Shown here: positions 1 through 11,900 of the stretch, piece by piece
Layout of the letters: the number at the start of each line of letters is the position of its first letter
Numbering within the stretch: the stretch's first letter is position 1
NCBI RefSeq assembly: GCF_001186125.1
Contig: NW_014039749.1
Location: 1 to 41,264 of the forward strand
From: Sphaeroforma arctica JP610
Lineage: Eukaryota
Direction: 5' to 3'
Length of the DNA: 41,264 nt
Position numbers and translations under genes: made by a program
The notes under the pieces: model-generated
Told to the model about the DNA's origin: nothing
The model's database searches: none
The model's input: the letters and a program-made list of their open reading frames with translations, nothing else

Positions 1-1082
1 ATATATTGATATATAATTTGAAGTACGTTGGAGTACGTATATGTCTATACGCGCCTATGGTAAGTTGCGAATATCGATGTGGCAGTACCGTCTATAGGCC
101 TCCACTTACGCTTGTAACATTACAACACGGTTGTGATTTTTTACATCTATGCAGCATGGCGCGTAAAGAAAATATAGCAACGTTTGAATTGGTGTTCATA
201 CTTCTGGAGACTCATAAAGCGATGAAGAGGAACTAGGGATAGAGCTTTTATTTTACGGTTCTGGAGTGTGGTATACGCGGTATTGCGACATGTATTTATT
301 TCTCAAGTCTCATAGTAGTATAATAAAGACGGTTATCCCACTGAAGACACCGAAATAAAAGCAAGTGCTTGTAGACCTCGTTTATAGTCACGCATGATGC
401 ACCTACTACTAAATACAGAGAGCGTCATATCGTCATCGCATAATAAATATACTACCATGTACCCGGGAAAAAAAAAACAAATAAAATATTTATGTAAAAA
501 AAAAAGGATGACACGTAATGATACTATTTATTATAGTGGCTGCTGATGGACGATGATACGAGATATTGCTGCAGGTGAGGTGATACATATCGATGCCATT
601 CTAGTGGTTCTACTACTAGCAGACCTAGTTTATATTTAATCATAGCCAACTGATAACACATTGATATATGTTCCTGTTTATTCTAGTGGTTCTACTAGTA
701 GACATGGTTTATAATTGATATATGTTCCTGTGTATGCTGCAACCCAGACGATTCTTTCGCCGTGAATTGCGCATTTACTTATTATTATTGACGTGTTTTA
801 CGCTGGAGGTTACCGCTGTAGGATTTTCCAGGTGTCAAAGCATGCAGTAGACCACACAAGTTTGGCGGTGGAGTGTATGTGTTCCGCTTTTATTAGTAAG
901 CCGTCGAGGTTGATACAGTCAGAATAAGCATACAGTTAAGCCTGCTATTACGTATTACCCGCAGAAAATGTCAAAATAAATGCGAGTTTCACCTAGTGTT
1001 ATAAACGCACATCGGCATGTATACATGACCGACAATAGGTCAGTCTAGAAATACAGCCCATGTGTCTTGTAATTATAACAAT

Positions 1083-2973
1083 ATGTCCAAGACTCCAGAA
1101 TACGGAAATCCACCTGACAGCACAGCTGATCTAGGGGGTGTATTTGAAGGCCTACCAGATGACGGGGATTCTGAAAATAGCGAACAGCGTATCTCCGCAG
1201 CCTCCAGACAGTCCCAAGCGTCCAATGCGTCGGAAGTAACACTCAAGGCTGAAGATGGGGATGCTGGTACCGATATAATAGGTACATCTGACAAGAACGC
1301 ACACGAAAGTGATACAGTGAGCGCATCTATTAGTGATGCACAAGAAAGTCGCAGTGTGAAGAGTGTATCATCCGGTAGTGGCAGAAGACTGCGCAATGTG
1401 CAGAGTGCCTTGAACATGCCCGTATTCGCTATGGGCGGCCAGATATTCTCGTACGATCACATGAGCCTGAACAAACTCAGTAGAGGGAATACGGTAGGTG
1501 ATGTAAACGCTGGTACACACAGAAAGAGGCCTCAGAGTGCTAAGGTATTGTGTGACACGAAGGACCGTGAAGTAGCGGGAGATGCAGCAGAGAGGACTGC
1601 ATTACCTCAGAGCGCAAATAGTATCAGCCGTAGTGCGAATACAAGAAAAGGAATACAACGCAAGAGCAAACCCGGAACACCGACGAATTTGGTGTTGAGT
1701 AGTGTGCACGGGAAGGGTGCGCAGGAGGATTTAACGGGTGGTTCAAGTTTTACTCAACACACTCCTGTTGGCACAGGTCATGATGCAGTACTAGGTGATG
1801 ATGACATTGACGTAGGTGTAGATGACACGAGCAGTCATGTATACGAGAAGGAAGTGGATAAATATACAGACAAACCACACGCACGCGAAATAGAAGAGAA
1901 TATACATGCCGATATAGCACACGCAAGCGACACGGAGATAGACGTCGGTGATGGTACGACAGAAGCTGTGGATGATGCTGATTTGGAGGTTAGAGCGATT
2001 GTGGGCGGTGAAGTGGAGGGACCAGTCCTGTCTACCACGACTGAGACAGAGACTGTGCCGGATACTGAGACAGCCAGCAAACCACCTAATACTGCGGAGG
2101 AGGATATTGAGACAACCGTTCAATCAAGTGAAGGTGTAAAGGAGGCTACAATCATCCAAGACACGGATACGACCGTTCAACAAAGTGATGATGCTAAGGA
2201 GGCTGAGAGCATTCCAGGTATTGAGACGGAAAATCAACCAGGCGAAGATACAAAAGAAGACAATACTATGCAAGATATCGAGACGACCGTTCAACAAAGT
2301 GATGATGTTAAGGAGGCTGAAAACATCTCAGATTTGGAGACAGAAAATCAACCAGGCGTAGATACAAAGCAGGACAGTACTATGCAAGATATCGAGACGA
2401 CCGTTCAACAAAGTGGTGATGTAAAGGAGGCTGAAAACATCTCAGATATGGAGACAGAAAATCAACCAGGCGAAGATACGAGGCAAGATGATACAAAGCA
2501 AGATATCGAGACGATCGTTCAACAAAGTGGTGATTTAAAGGAGGCTGACAACACATGTAACTCCGAGACTCTAGCAGTTCAACAAAGCTGCGATATTATG
2601 CAAACTGTCGATTTAGAAACAGAACAAAACGGCGATGATTCGAGGGATGCTGGGTCAGTGATGGACAAGCCTGACATTATTGCAGATGGCCGAGACAATA
2701 CGATAGAGGCGGCTGAGAGTGCTTGCAAGATTGCCCAGGCGGATACAAAGGCAGACGGGTCGGTTGAAGCAGTGTTGACTGAGGCCTCGGACCATAGTAG
2801 AGGTGAGGATCTGGGCGATACTGAGCATACTATAGATACCGAGGCTAGTGGGAGTGTGTTAAGTCTTACAGAAGGCGCCCAGCTTGTGGGCGGTGTACGG
2901 GGCTCGCAAGCGGAGAAAGATATGAGCTTGAACTTCGAACGACTCACCACCGATGAGCGGTCTACTGAAACAG
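1083..2973 (+). CDS. Formin exon 1: long acidic, low-complexity N-terminal region
   Basis: First ATG (1083) of the 645-aa ORF. The sequence is rich in D/E/T/S. Its donor CAG|GTACGT at 2973/2974 is phase 1 and joins exon 3734-3869 in frame. Confidence 0.8.
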
Positions 2974-5900
2974 GTACGTACGGTGAGAAGTTCTTGTAGG
3001 GATCAATGTGGCTTAGCGAGTAACATGCGTCAAGTTGCTCTTACTATGGGCTATTCTACTTACTACTCATGTACAGTGTAAATTGGGACATCGTAGTATC
3101 CCCCCCGAATTACCTGGCGATGTTCAGCTGCAGTTGTGTTTTGCTTGTGGTCAGTAGTCCGTATTTAGCTATAATATTTCTGTGACTTGTCAGTATTTTG
3201 TGCGTGTGAGAGTGTCCAATTTACAAGGCTATGGTCAGAGAGTTCATTTCCGGGTCGGTTGGCGATGTGGACTAAAACCTGTATAATCATTTTTGTGTTT
3301 CGGGTCCGAGTAAGCAGGCACGCGTGTATTGCATAGACTCACTTTATCACAGGCCTAATTCGTATTCCAAACGTGTATCTGTCTCGGTTGGCTGATATCA
3401 AGCGTTTCAAGCTATCGTACATACGGGCCTATAGTGGCTATGGGGAGACCTTATGAGTTAGATAAAAATTGAGTACATAAAAGTATATGGAGTGTATTGG
3501 AGATGCTATTGAACGCACGTGTGCCGGAAAGTAAGGTCATGCACGCTCGACCAGCAACTTCCGCACACATACCAATACGCGAATGGGCGGTGCTACCGAC
3601 AGCAATCACATGCATCAATACTTCGAACATGTTTAGTATCGTTGGCAATCCAATCCGTGAAACCCAAATGAGAAATACGAGAAGATGAGTACACAGTATA
3701 ATGGACATATGGTTCTCCACACACTCTGCATAGACGAGCTTGCGGACATACTAGATATGAGAGAAAGAGTACGTGCGGAGAGCGAATCAAGTGACGCTGA
3801 CTGGGTGAAGCTAGATGAGGAGATGAATGTGCCGACGATAGGAAATGGCAAAAAGGACAGGAAAAGCCTGTATGTACTGAAGTTATGCCCGTTTGTGAAG
3901 GTCGCATGCTTTTCTATGAATACATACTCTTCCGTAAAAGCCTATGGTACGAGCAATCTACTCAGTACTGTATAAGTCCTGCTTTGCGATCTGCGTGTTT
4001 GTTATTTTCTGAATACACAGATCAGAACCGGGCGCAAATGGGGATATACAAAGCCTGCATGCTTACCTTAAGAATATATATGCATTTTGAGGCGCATGCG
4101 TGTTAGTTTAAGTCGACAGACACAAGTTTCATCATTTTCTACGTTTTGATATACAACAGTACCGTCAGACAGATTAGTTCGGAGGTCCTGGGTAACGCTG
4201 TCGCCATTGGACCAGTTGAAAGGTAAGTATCCCCCTTTTTTTCGCACAGCACTTTCAATGGACTTATCAGTGGAAACAAAAAAAGGAGGGTTTCTGCTAT
4301 ATTCGCTCTTGCACAGACAGTCATTGAATACTTTTGAGTGCTTATATGTGTTCTACCAAGCTTCGTTTTAGCCATCGTGCACTCCAAATTCAATCGGAAA
4401 ACGTGCGAGGGAAACAGATCCTTCCAACAGGGTGCGTTGACTTGCCGAAACATCCCTCTAGGTGTCTTGGAAATAATTATGATTATAATCTTATCCGCAT
4501 ACGCGCACAGCTTTGGCGAAACCTTGCCCAAACGGCAGAGCAGTCTCGCTAGATATCTCAGCAGGGAGCACGAGCTGGAAGTCGGCGCAGCAGGCAAGCG
4601 AATATCGCTTGCATCACAAGTTTCAAACGATAGCGCAACCGATTGGCGGCGAAAAACCAAGGACCAGGTGTGTGGCAGATGTGTAGTATTCACCTGTTTT
4701 ACGAATTGAACTATGTTATTGTTGGATGGGATGGAGTATGGGTCTCTGGGTGTATGATCACCATTGTTGGAACACTGGAGCGTCTCTTATCCTTCTTGTT
4801 CTCCTTGCAGCTCCGTCGTGCCAACAGCGAAGTGGTCAAAGCCAGCAAAGGGCTGGGGAGCCGCCAACGGAGTGACACAACGAACGCTTCAAGTACATAT
4901 GACCAGATTGGCAGTGGTAGGAAGCAGTCAGTACCGTATGTCAAACAACAGTCATTCACACACAAACCGGCCACAACAGGTGCAGCATCTGGGTTGCACC
5001 GCACAAGCACACAGATGGCAGCCTCTGATTCCACAATGTCTGCTATGGATGCTGAGGCGAGGAAGCTCAGTAATCGTACCTTTGGCCAGCGTATCGGAGG
5101 CTCATTCAGGTGAGCCTTTTTTTGCAAGTGTATGGCTTCTAAATTGGCAGTGTTCTGAGCGTATACAGTAATACCAACGTCAATACAAAATGTAAACCTT
5201 CATATCTTAGTTTCCAAGTGTTTGCCAGGCCTCTTTAGTGGGCCATTAGGTACTGTTGTTGTATTGGACTTTTATTGCTTTGGCATACAACTACGTTCGT
5301 AGCATATATCACCGGATGTGGCCAATTATTCAGCAAACGTCAAGTGTATAAGACTGCTTTCATCGAAGTGTGTAGGAATATTCAATTTGAATTTTTAACC
5401 CCCAGTCTTAACAGAATTCAAAAGTCGGATCCAGCTATTGATAAGGAATTGCCAACTGGAGAGTTCACAGTACCGCGAACACGGAATATGTCACTAAACA
5501 TGGAGAGGACAGGGCAGGAGAACGATCTGAATATATCGGATGAAGCCATCCTCACAAATCCTGCGAGTATACTAAAACCAGTGGGAAACAGAGTCAGAAC
5601 CGATTCTTTATCTACCAAGAATCGCCAGACATCGTAAGCGTGCTTGTGTTGGATCTGGGACATTTCAAATGTGGTTTGTCGTGATGTATGGTGCGTGTAC
5701 TGGCTGCGAATATGTACAGGGGGATCGAAACAAATGATATTGTTTCTTCGGTGAGTAGGTCTTTGGAGCCAGTGCTATATGTGGTAGATTTGGAAACGCT
5801 TTATTTGCCCGTTGCAATAGCAGTGCTGGATTCAATTCACCATGTCAGCAGTTGCAACCGAAGCATACAATACTGACCGTTAAATCCCATTGATATATAT

Positions 5901-8900
5901 TTATATATGTGTCTGTATCGGGCAGAACTACGTCGAAAGGTCATGATGCGTTGATGAAGAAGCTTCAGGAGGAGAATGACCAACAGAAGGCACAAATCCA
6001 ACTCATGCAGATGCAGCTGAAGAAAATGGACGGTACAGGTAAGTGTGGGTTGCGTACGAATCGAAAGCGTGCTTTGCAATTTTGATCGGCTAATGATGTT
6101 AGTATCTTGCTGGGTGCACTCATTTGGTCACGTGAATTGTATGCGGCCGCGGGAGTGTACACATTAGCCTTGCGAAGCTCTGCGTTGCAAAGCATTGTAA
6201 ATTTGGATCAAGTTCTGCAGTTGGTAACACCTGACACGTAACTTCGTGCGCCTATTACATTCTTCATCCTTTATCCCATGCGCTTACAATTTGGCAACAT
6301 AACAGACAGCAGGAAGGACATCAATCTCAAGATAGAAAATCAACGCTTGGAGCGAGAACTCGCAGCGTTGAAGGTGAAGTACTCTGACTATTGTGACTAT
6401 TCTTACCACTTTGAGTCAATATTAATTCAGGAAGTACGCCGGAGGGTAACACTTTGTATCTGCTTGTTTTCTGGACAGCACGTGCATAGATCCACCGCGC
6501 ATTGCCCATTTGTCAGCCAGGCTGAGAGATCATTTGTGTACATCGATCATTTACATGCGCGTCTAAAGAACAAAAATAAATCGTTGAAACTCAATTTCTA
6601 GGAGGCCGCCGGGGACACAAATCTGTATGCGCTGGCAATGTCAGCTGACAGAGTCAAGTTGCTCGAGCAGGAGCAGGAACGGCGCCGGCACAACAAGCTG
6701 GGCAATGTGCAGTCCATCAATGTCACACTCAACCATGGTAGGTTTGTTCATGTATGCCGTAGATAAAGCCGTGTCTAAGACCAATGCATGTTGTCCGATA
6801 ACGATGTGTCTGCGACTATAGTATGTGTGATCCACCAATGCCATACTCTATCATGATATATCAGGTTATGTATGTGTCAGATATCGCTGTCTGGTGATCC
6901 ATCAATGCTGTCTGTTACCAAAACATGCGTGATCCATCAATGGCACACTCCATCATGGTATGTCAGATTATGTATGTGTCAGATAACGCTGAGTCAGGGA
7001 TCAATGCTCGTGCAGTCCCCAATGCCACACTCTATCATGGTATGTCAGGTTATGTATGTGTCGGATAACGCTGCGTCTATGATCAAGATTTGTGTAGTCC
7101 ATCAATGCCACACTCGATCATGACAGGTGTTTTGTGCACGGTCAGATCACCGAGGTGTATGTGTGTTTCTGGGTATGAGCCCATGTGTAGGTCGTCGTCG
7201 CAGAACAGTTCGTGTTCGCGTATTGCTTGCAGTCTGTCCAATCCAACTCATCGTGAGTGTGCTCAAACGGATGGATTGATTTAGTCGACGAATTCTGTTC
7301 GTATTTCTTGTCGTTCTCTGGGAAGCTGGATTTTTGTGGTGTACTTCTGGTGACCATAGGACAGTACTTCGCATATAGGACAGCGGGTGATATTTATCTA
7401 TGAGGGCAAATACCATTGAAACTGGTTTCAGCTGCTCATACCCCGGTGTATCAACGTTCCACACACTACAGATCCGTTAGCTATGGAGTCTCTGCGTGCC
7501 GGATTGATCAACTTGAAAAAGGAGAGAGACGATGCTGTGGCACACCTGGACAAGCTGAAATTCGAGTACGGTATCATAGAAGATATCTCCGAAATCGCAG
7601 GACCTTCAGGTACACCCGCGCCTTGTATGTGCGTTACTTGTGGGACTGTTAATATGAATAGCTGTGTGGCGTAAGTATCTATGGAGTCAGGTGGTTGTGC
7701 AGCACGCACTGCACAGTCCTGCAGTAGAGCATGTAGGTTATAACGGTGCTTGTGAATTAATATTTGATTTTCCAATGCCTGTCGTGGTGTGTGTTCGTTG
7801 CGTTTAGTTTACGTATGCTCTTATATCTTTGTGTTTTTTGCGTAAGGCGCGGACAAATATCATACATCTGACAGAGGGGCCACGCCCCACACAAAATGCG
7901 GTCGGTCGAGGACATGAAGCAGTTTGGTATGTCGTCAGAACAGTAATGTCTGCTCACTTGCCGTCCACGAAAGCAGCACGTTACCTGTCACGTGTTATTC
8001 TAACATGTCAATATGACTACATAGATTCAGCTAAAGGGATGACACCCGGTCAAGCACCAACAGGGGCAGCTCCAGGTAAGAATTATCTTCTAGATGCGCT
8101 TGTTAATGCGCGCACAGCAGTATATGTTTTCCCGTGTGCGTAATTCACTCCTCTATGGTACACCAATTGCCTTCAATATCTAAATCACCAAGCAAACAAG
8201 TCTGTTATACGGGTATATGGGCCATACAAGCTTATTGCACTTTTAACTCTCGGATGAAGGTGAGATATGTGGACACGTACATATGCTGCGGAAGCGTCCT
8301 ATGAGCCCTAAGCACATGTAGTGTATGTGCGCGAAATTGATGGGGGCGTGATATTTATAGCAGATTGGTATGCAAGTGCTCACAGATTACTTTATATGCA
8401 TATTGTAGTCAGACCATTTATGACCTGATCTATACGAAGATTGCACTTAATTCTTACAAGGCCCCGAGTCTTTGATTGTAAATTATTGCTGATGATGGTG
8501 TGTGGCAATGCTATAGCTCGGGGGATATGTCACCACGCATTCCAGAAAGTGGATTCACAATCGTGGAGGCCTCACAAATGTTTAGAAACCCTAAATTACC
8601 AAATATAGTTATTGAGTATATCCTACAGTAGACTCTAAAACAATCACTTTATTACATAAACTTCCTAATTTCTATAGAATCTTCAGTCTGCACAAAGCAT
8701 AGTACCACAATCATACCACGGTGTACGTATTTCAGTGTAGGCAGTTGCCATTAATCTCCTGGCTCAAGATATATTGTTGGTTAACCTGAGGCTTTTGTAT
8801 GCGATTGAATTGCATTGTGATGGCACGTTTGTAAAAGTTTATAATCAGTAGGTTACATCAAAGCATGTGCATGGTTGCCCCTGCCTTCATGATACACACA

Positions 8901-11900
8901 CGTCATCATCAGTAGATAATAATTCTCCATTCGATAAAGGCGATGGTGAATCACAGGATTCTGACATGCCATGCAATGATTGGACTTCAGTGAGTGTCTA
9001 TAGCTAACTAAACTCATACAAATATTTGATTGCTGCGCGCTGTCACCTCCTTCCCGAGAACAGCAACAAATGCACCACCACCACCACCACCGCCACCGCC
9101 GCCACCAAGTAAGTCAGGCGTTTTGACTTTATACTATATAATAACATGACTTCGTCGTCTATAACAATAGGGCGAAGCTATGTCTTTGTAACATGGATTT
9201 ATGGCGCGTGACTGTCATTGTCATTCTAAACAGCTCTTACTACTGAGCTGTCGATTGCCTCTCCAGCCCTTCCGTATGTACAAATATGAAGTAACCTTAT
9301 TTATACTCGGATATTTTCTAGATTGGTTGGACGTCCAATGTGCTTATGGCGTTGGTACCGGTATATATGAATCATTACCTACGGAAACTTTGCATACGAC
9401 TCAAAAACAGAGTGACGCCAAATGGAGATTTATTCACCATTGCAGAGCGTCTATATATGTAGTACTATATTGAGTTTCGGCTCATTGTAGCCCTCATTGT
9501 GCTTTCTGCTACAGCTTCCAACGCACCACCACCCCCACCCCCCCCTCCGATGTCCAACGCACCGCCGCCACCACCCCCACCACCAGGTATGGGATACCCT
9601 TCTGTGAGTTACGGTCAGTAGTTCCCGTGTAACTTCCTACCTAGCGTCGTTTGATCGCATCCATTCCTTGTTGACTTCGTTTCGCGCGTTTTAATTGATA
9701 TATGTGCTATGAGGACGACAGTTTACAATTGACCTCGTCATTTCGCAGTAGATGTCTATTGTGCGTGGTCTCTGATCGTTCCAAATCATGGTCCTGATGC
9801 ATACGTACTCAGCGTAATCGCTTTCACTTTCGCCCGCCTGCCCGCTTTAGCATCAAATGCACCGCCACCACCACCACCACCACCGGCGTCGAGTGCTCCA
9901 CCACCACCACCACCGGCGTCGAGTGCTCCACCACCACCACCACCGGCGTCGAGTGCTCCACCACCACCACCACCGTCACCACCGGCGTCGAGTGCTCCAC
10001 CACCACCACCACCACCACCACCACCACCACCCCACCCCCATCAGGTGAGAAGCCAGTTTGTACCTATATGCTTGTGTTTGTGGGTATCACTTTGTATTTG
10101 GATGTGTCTTTGTATGTATACATCAATGTATTTTTGTATGTGCAGTTTTTTTTGGCAAGACTTTCATCTAACTCAAATCTTTGTCTGGCCTTATGGCCGG
10201 CGGAGCTCCACTACCACCGCCTCCGCTTTCATCAGTATTCGTTGCGGACGTTATGTGCATATTCCAATGCATACTCTCTTTGAAGGTTGCAGGGAATATT
10301 GTGCAGGCTTCGAATGAATGGTCTTCTTCATTTCTATTCACTTGACACCACATGTTATCCTAGTTCGTACTAGCCTACTTGCGGATATACGATATCCCAG
10401 AAGCATTGCGCCTTTTCTGAGCTTTACGCAATTGCTTTAAACATCCGTACAGGAGTAGCACAGCCACCACCGCCACCGCCGCCACCACCAGCTTCTGGTA
10501 TGCAACGGGTTTAAGTGTACAGCTGAATCTCGATGTATAAATCCATGAGGGGTTGATCTATGCCTGAACTTATGTTTCTACTTGAGGCGTGTAATGGTGG
10601 GTGGTACATTTGTTTGTATCTGCTTATAAGTTCGGATTCTGGTTGGGGATACTCCTTACATCCCGGTAATGCCAAGCGTAAAAGCTTCCTGAAAATGATT
10701 TCGAACATCCATGGCTAAGGCGATGCTAAGTTGAATCAGCGTAATTTGTCTATCGATATCATAAGCTCTTCGTGCCTTTAATTATCTAATTAATTTAGGT
10801 AATAATATGCACTGAGACTGAAAGACTTAAAACTTTCTTCATTTCTTCCCATATTTCATTCTCGTAGGCGGTCCTCCACCCCCACCCCCACCACCCCCAC
10901 CCTCAGGTATGCTTACTTAATCTATTGCTTGCAACTATCGCTCGTATACATCCCTTTACTCATCAACCTGTTATTTCTGTTGTGACTACATATAAGTGAA
11001 CCTGCATAATATATGTATCTCGCAAACAGTGGTTGGCATTGCATTCGCATGCAGCTAGTGAGCTACTGCGGAGGAGAAGTGCGCCACAGGCTCTGTGTGG
11101 CGTGTCTCCACATTTCGATGTGGGTACTTCCTGTTGTAATGCCACTCCGCTGAGTTTTTATCTTCACAATTTGACATTTACAACTGTGCAGGAGGAGCAC
11201 CACCACCACCACCACCACCGCCGCCACCACAACCCTCCGGTAAGTCAGGGTAGCATTTGACAAACACACGAATAAATGTACACATGGTATCAGATGAATG
11301 TACACATAATCTCAGCTTATATCAGTTAGGTTTCCTAAGTGAAGTGTAAGCAATTCATTGTTGTGGACCTGCTGGCTAGACATAATGTAGCACCAAAGTT
11401 GTACCTTTAAAACACCACGCACGAGGTGGCGCTATTGCTGCTAGAATGCATTACAGCCAAACCCGAGTTTAGGTAAGTTATACGAGTGTGCTTACTAGAT
11501 CGTACCACTAACAAACACGCCACTAACAAAAACAGGAGGAGGTCCACCACCACCACCGCCGCCGCCACCACCACCACCACCGGGTAAGTAACATTCAGTC
11601 AAGAATTTGGTCCCATAATCTACAGATTTGATGTATATTCGCAAGAATTGGCTAGCACGCCGCACAGAATACGTCGAACGACTTCGTATGTGCCTTTAAA
11701 ACAACTCAATGATATGCAATTGGAATCACGCACGAGAATCGCTCACGTCGCGTATACTTTTATTCTTGTATGCAGGAGGAGGAGCCCCAGCGCCACCACC
11801 ACCACCGCCACCACCAGGTATTTTATGTTTTGATACGGTTTTGACTTTACTCCGGCGGGTTATATATAATAGCTACTTACCATTCACGCGTTTGTGTATA

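Noticed and set aside
546..574. Possible upstream coding exon of the formin (ATG at 546 or 553, donor GTGAGG)
   Set aside because: Two different frames and acceptors (1048 or 1056) fit equally well, so it cannot be resolved without transcripts and was left out of the model.
1073..2950. Several antisense ORFs over formin exon 1
   Set aside because: They are shadow ORFs of a long coding exon, with no recognisable domain.
6707..7125. Regularly spaced repeats superficially like a CRISPR array
   Set aside because: The copies are degenerate, derive from a splice junction and sit in a eukaryotic intron with no cas genes.
9824..10048. Poly-His and poly-Val ORFs in the ORF track
   Set aside because: They are alternative-frame or antisense readings of the CCA poly-Pro exon.
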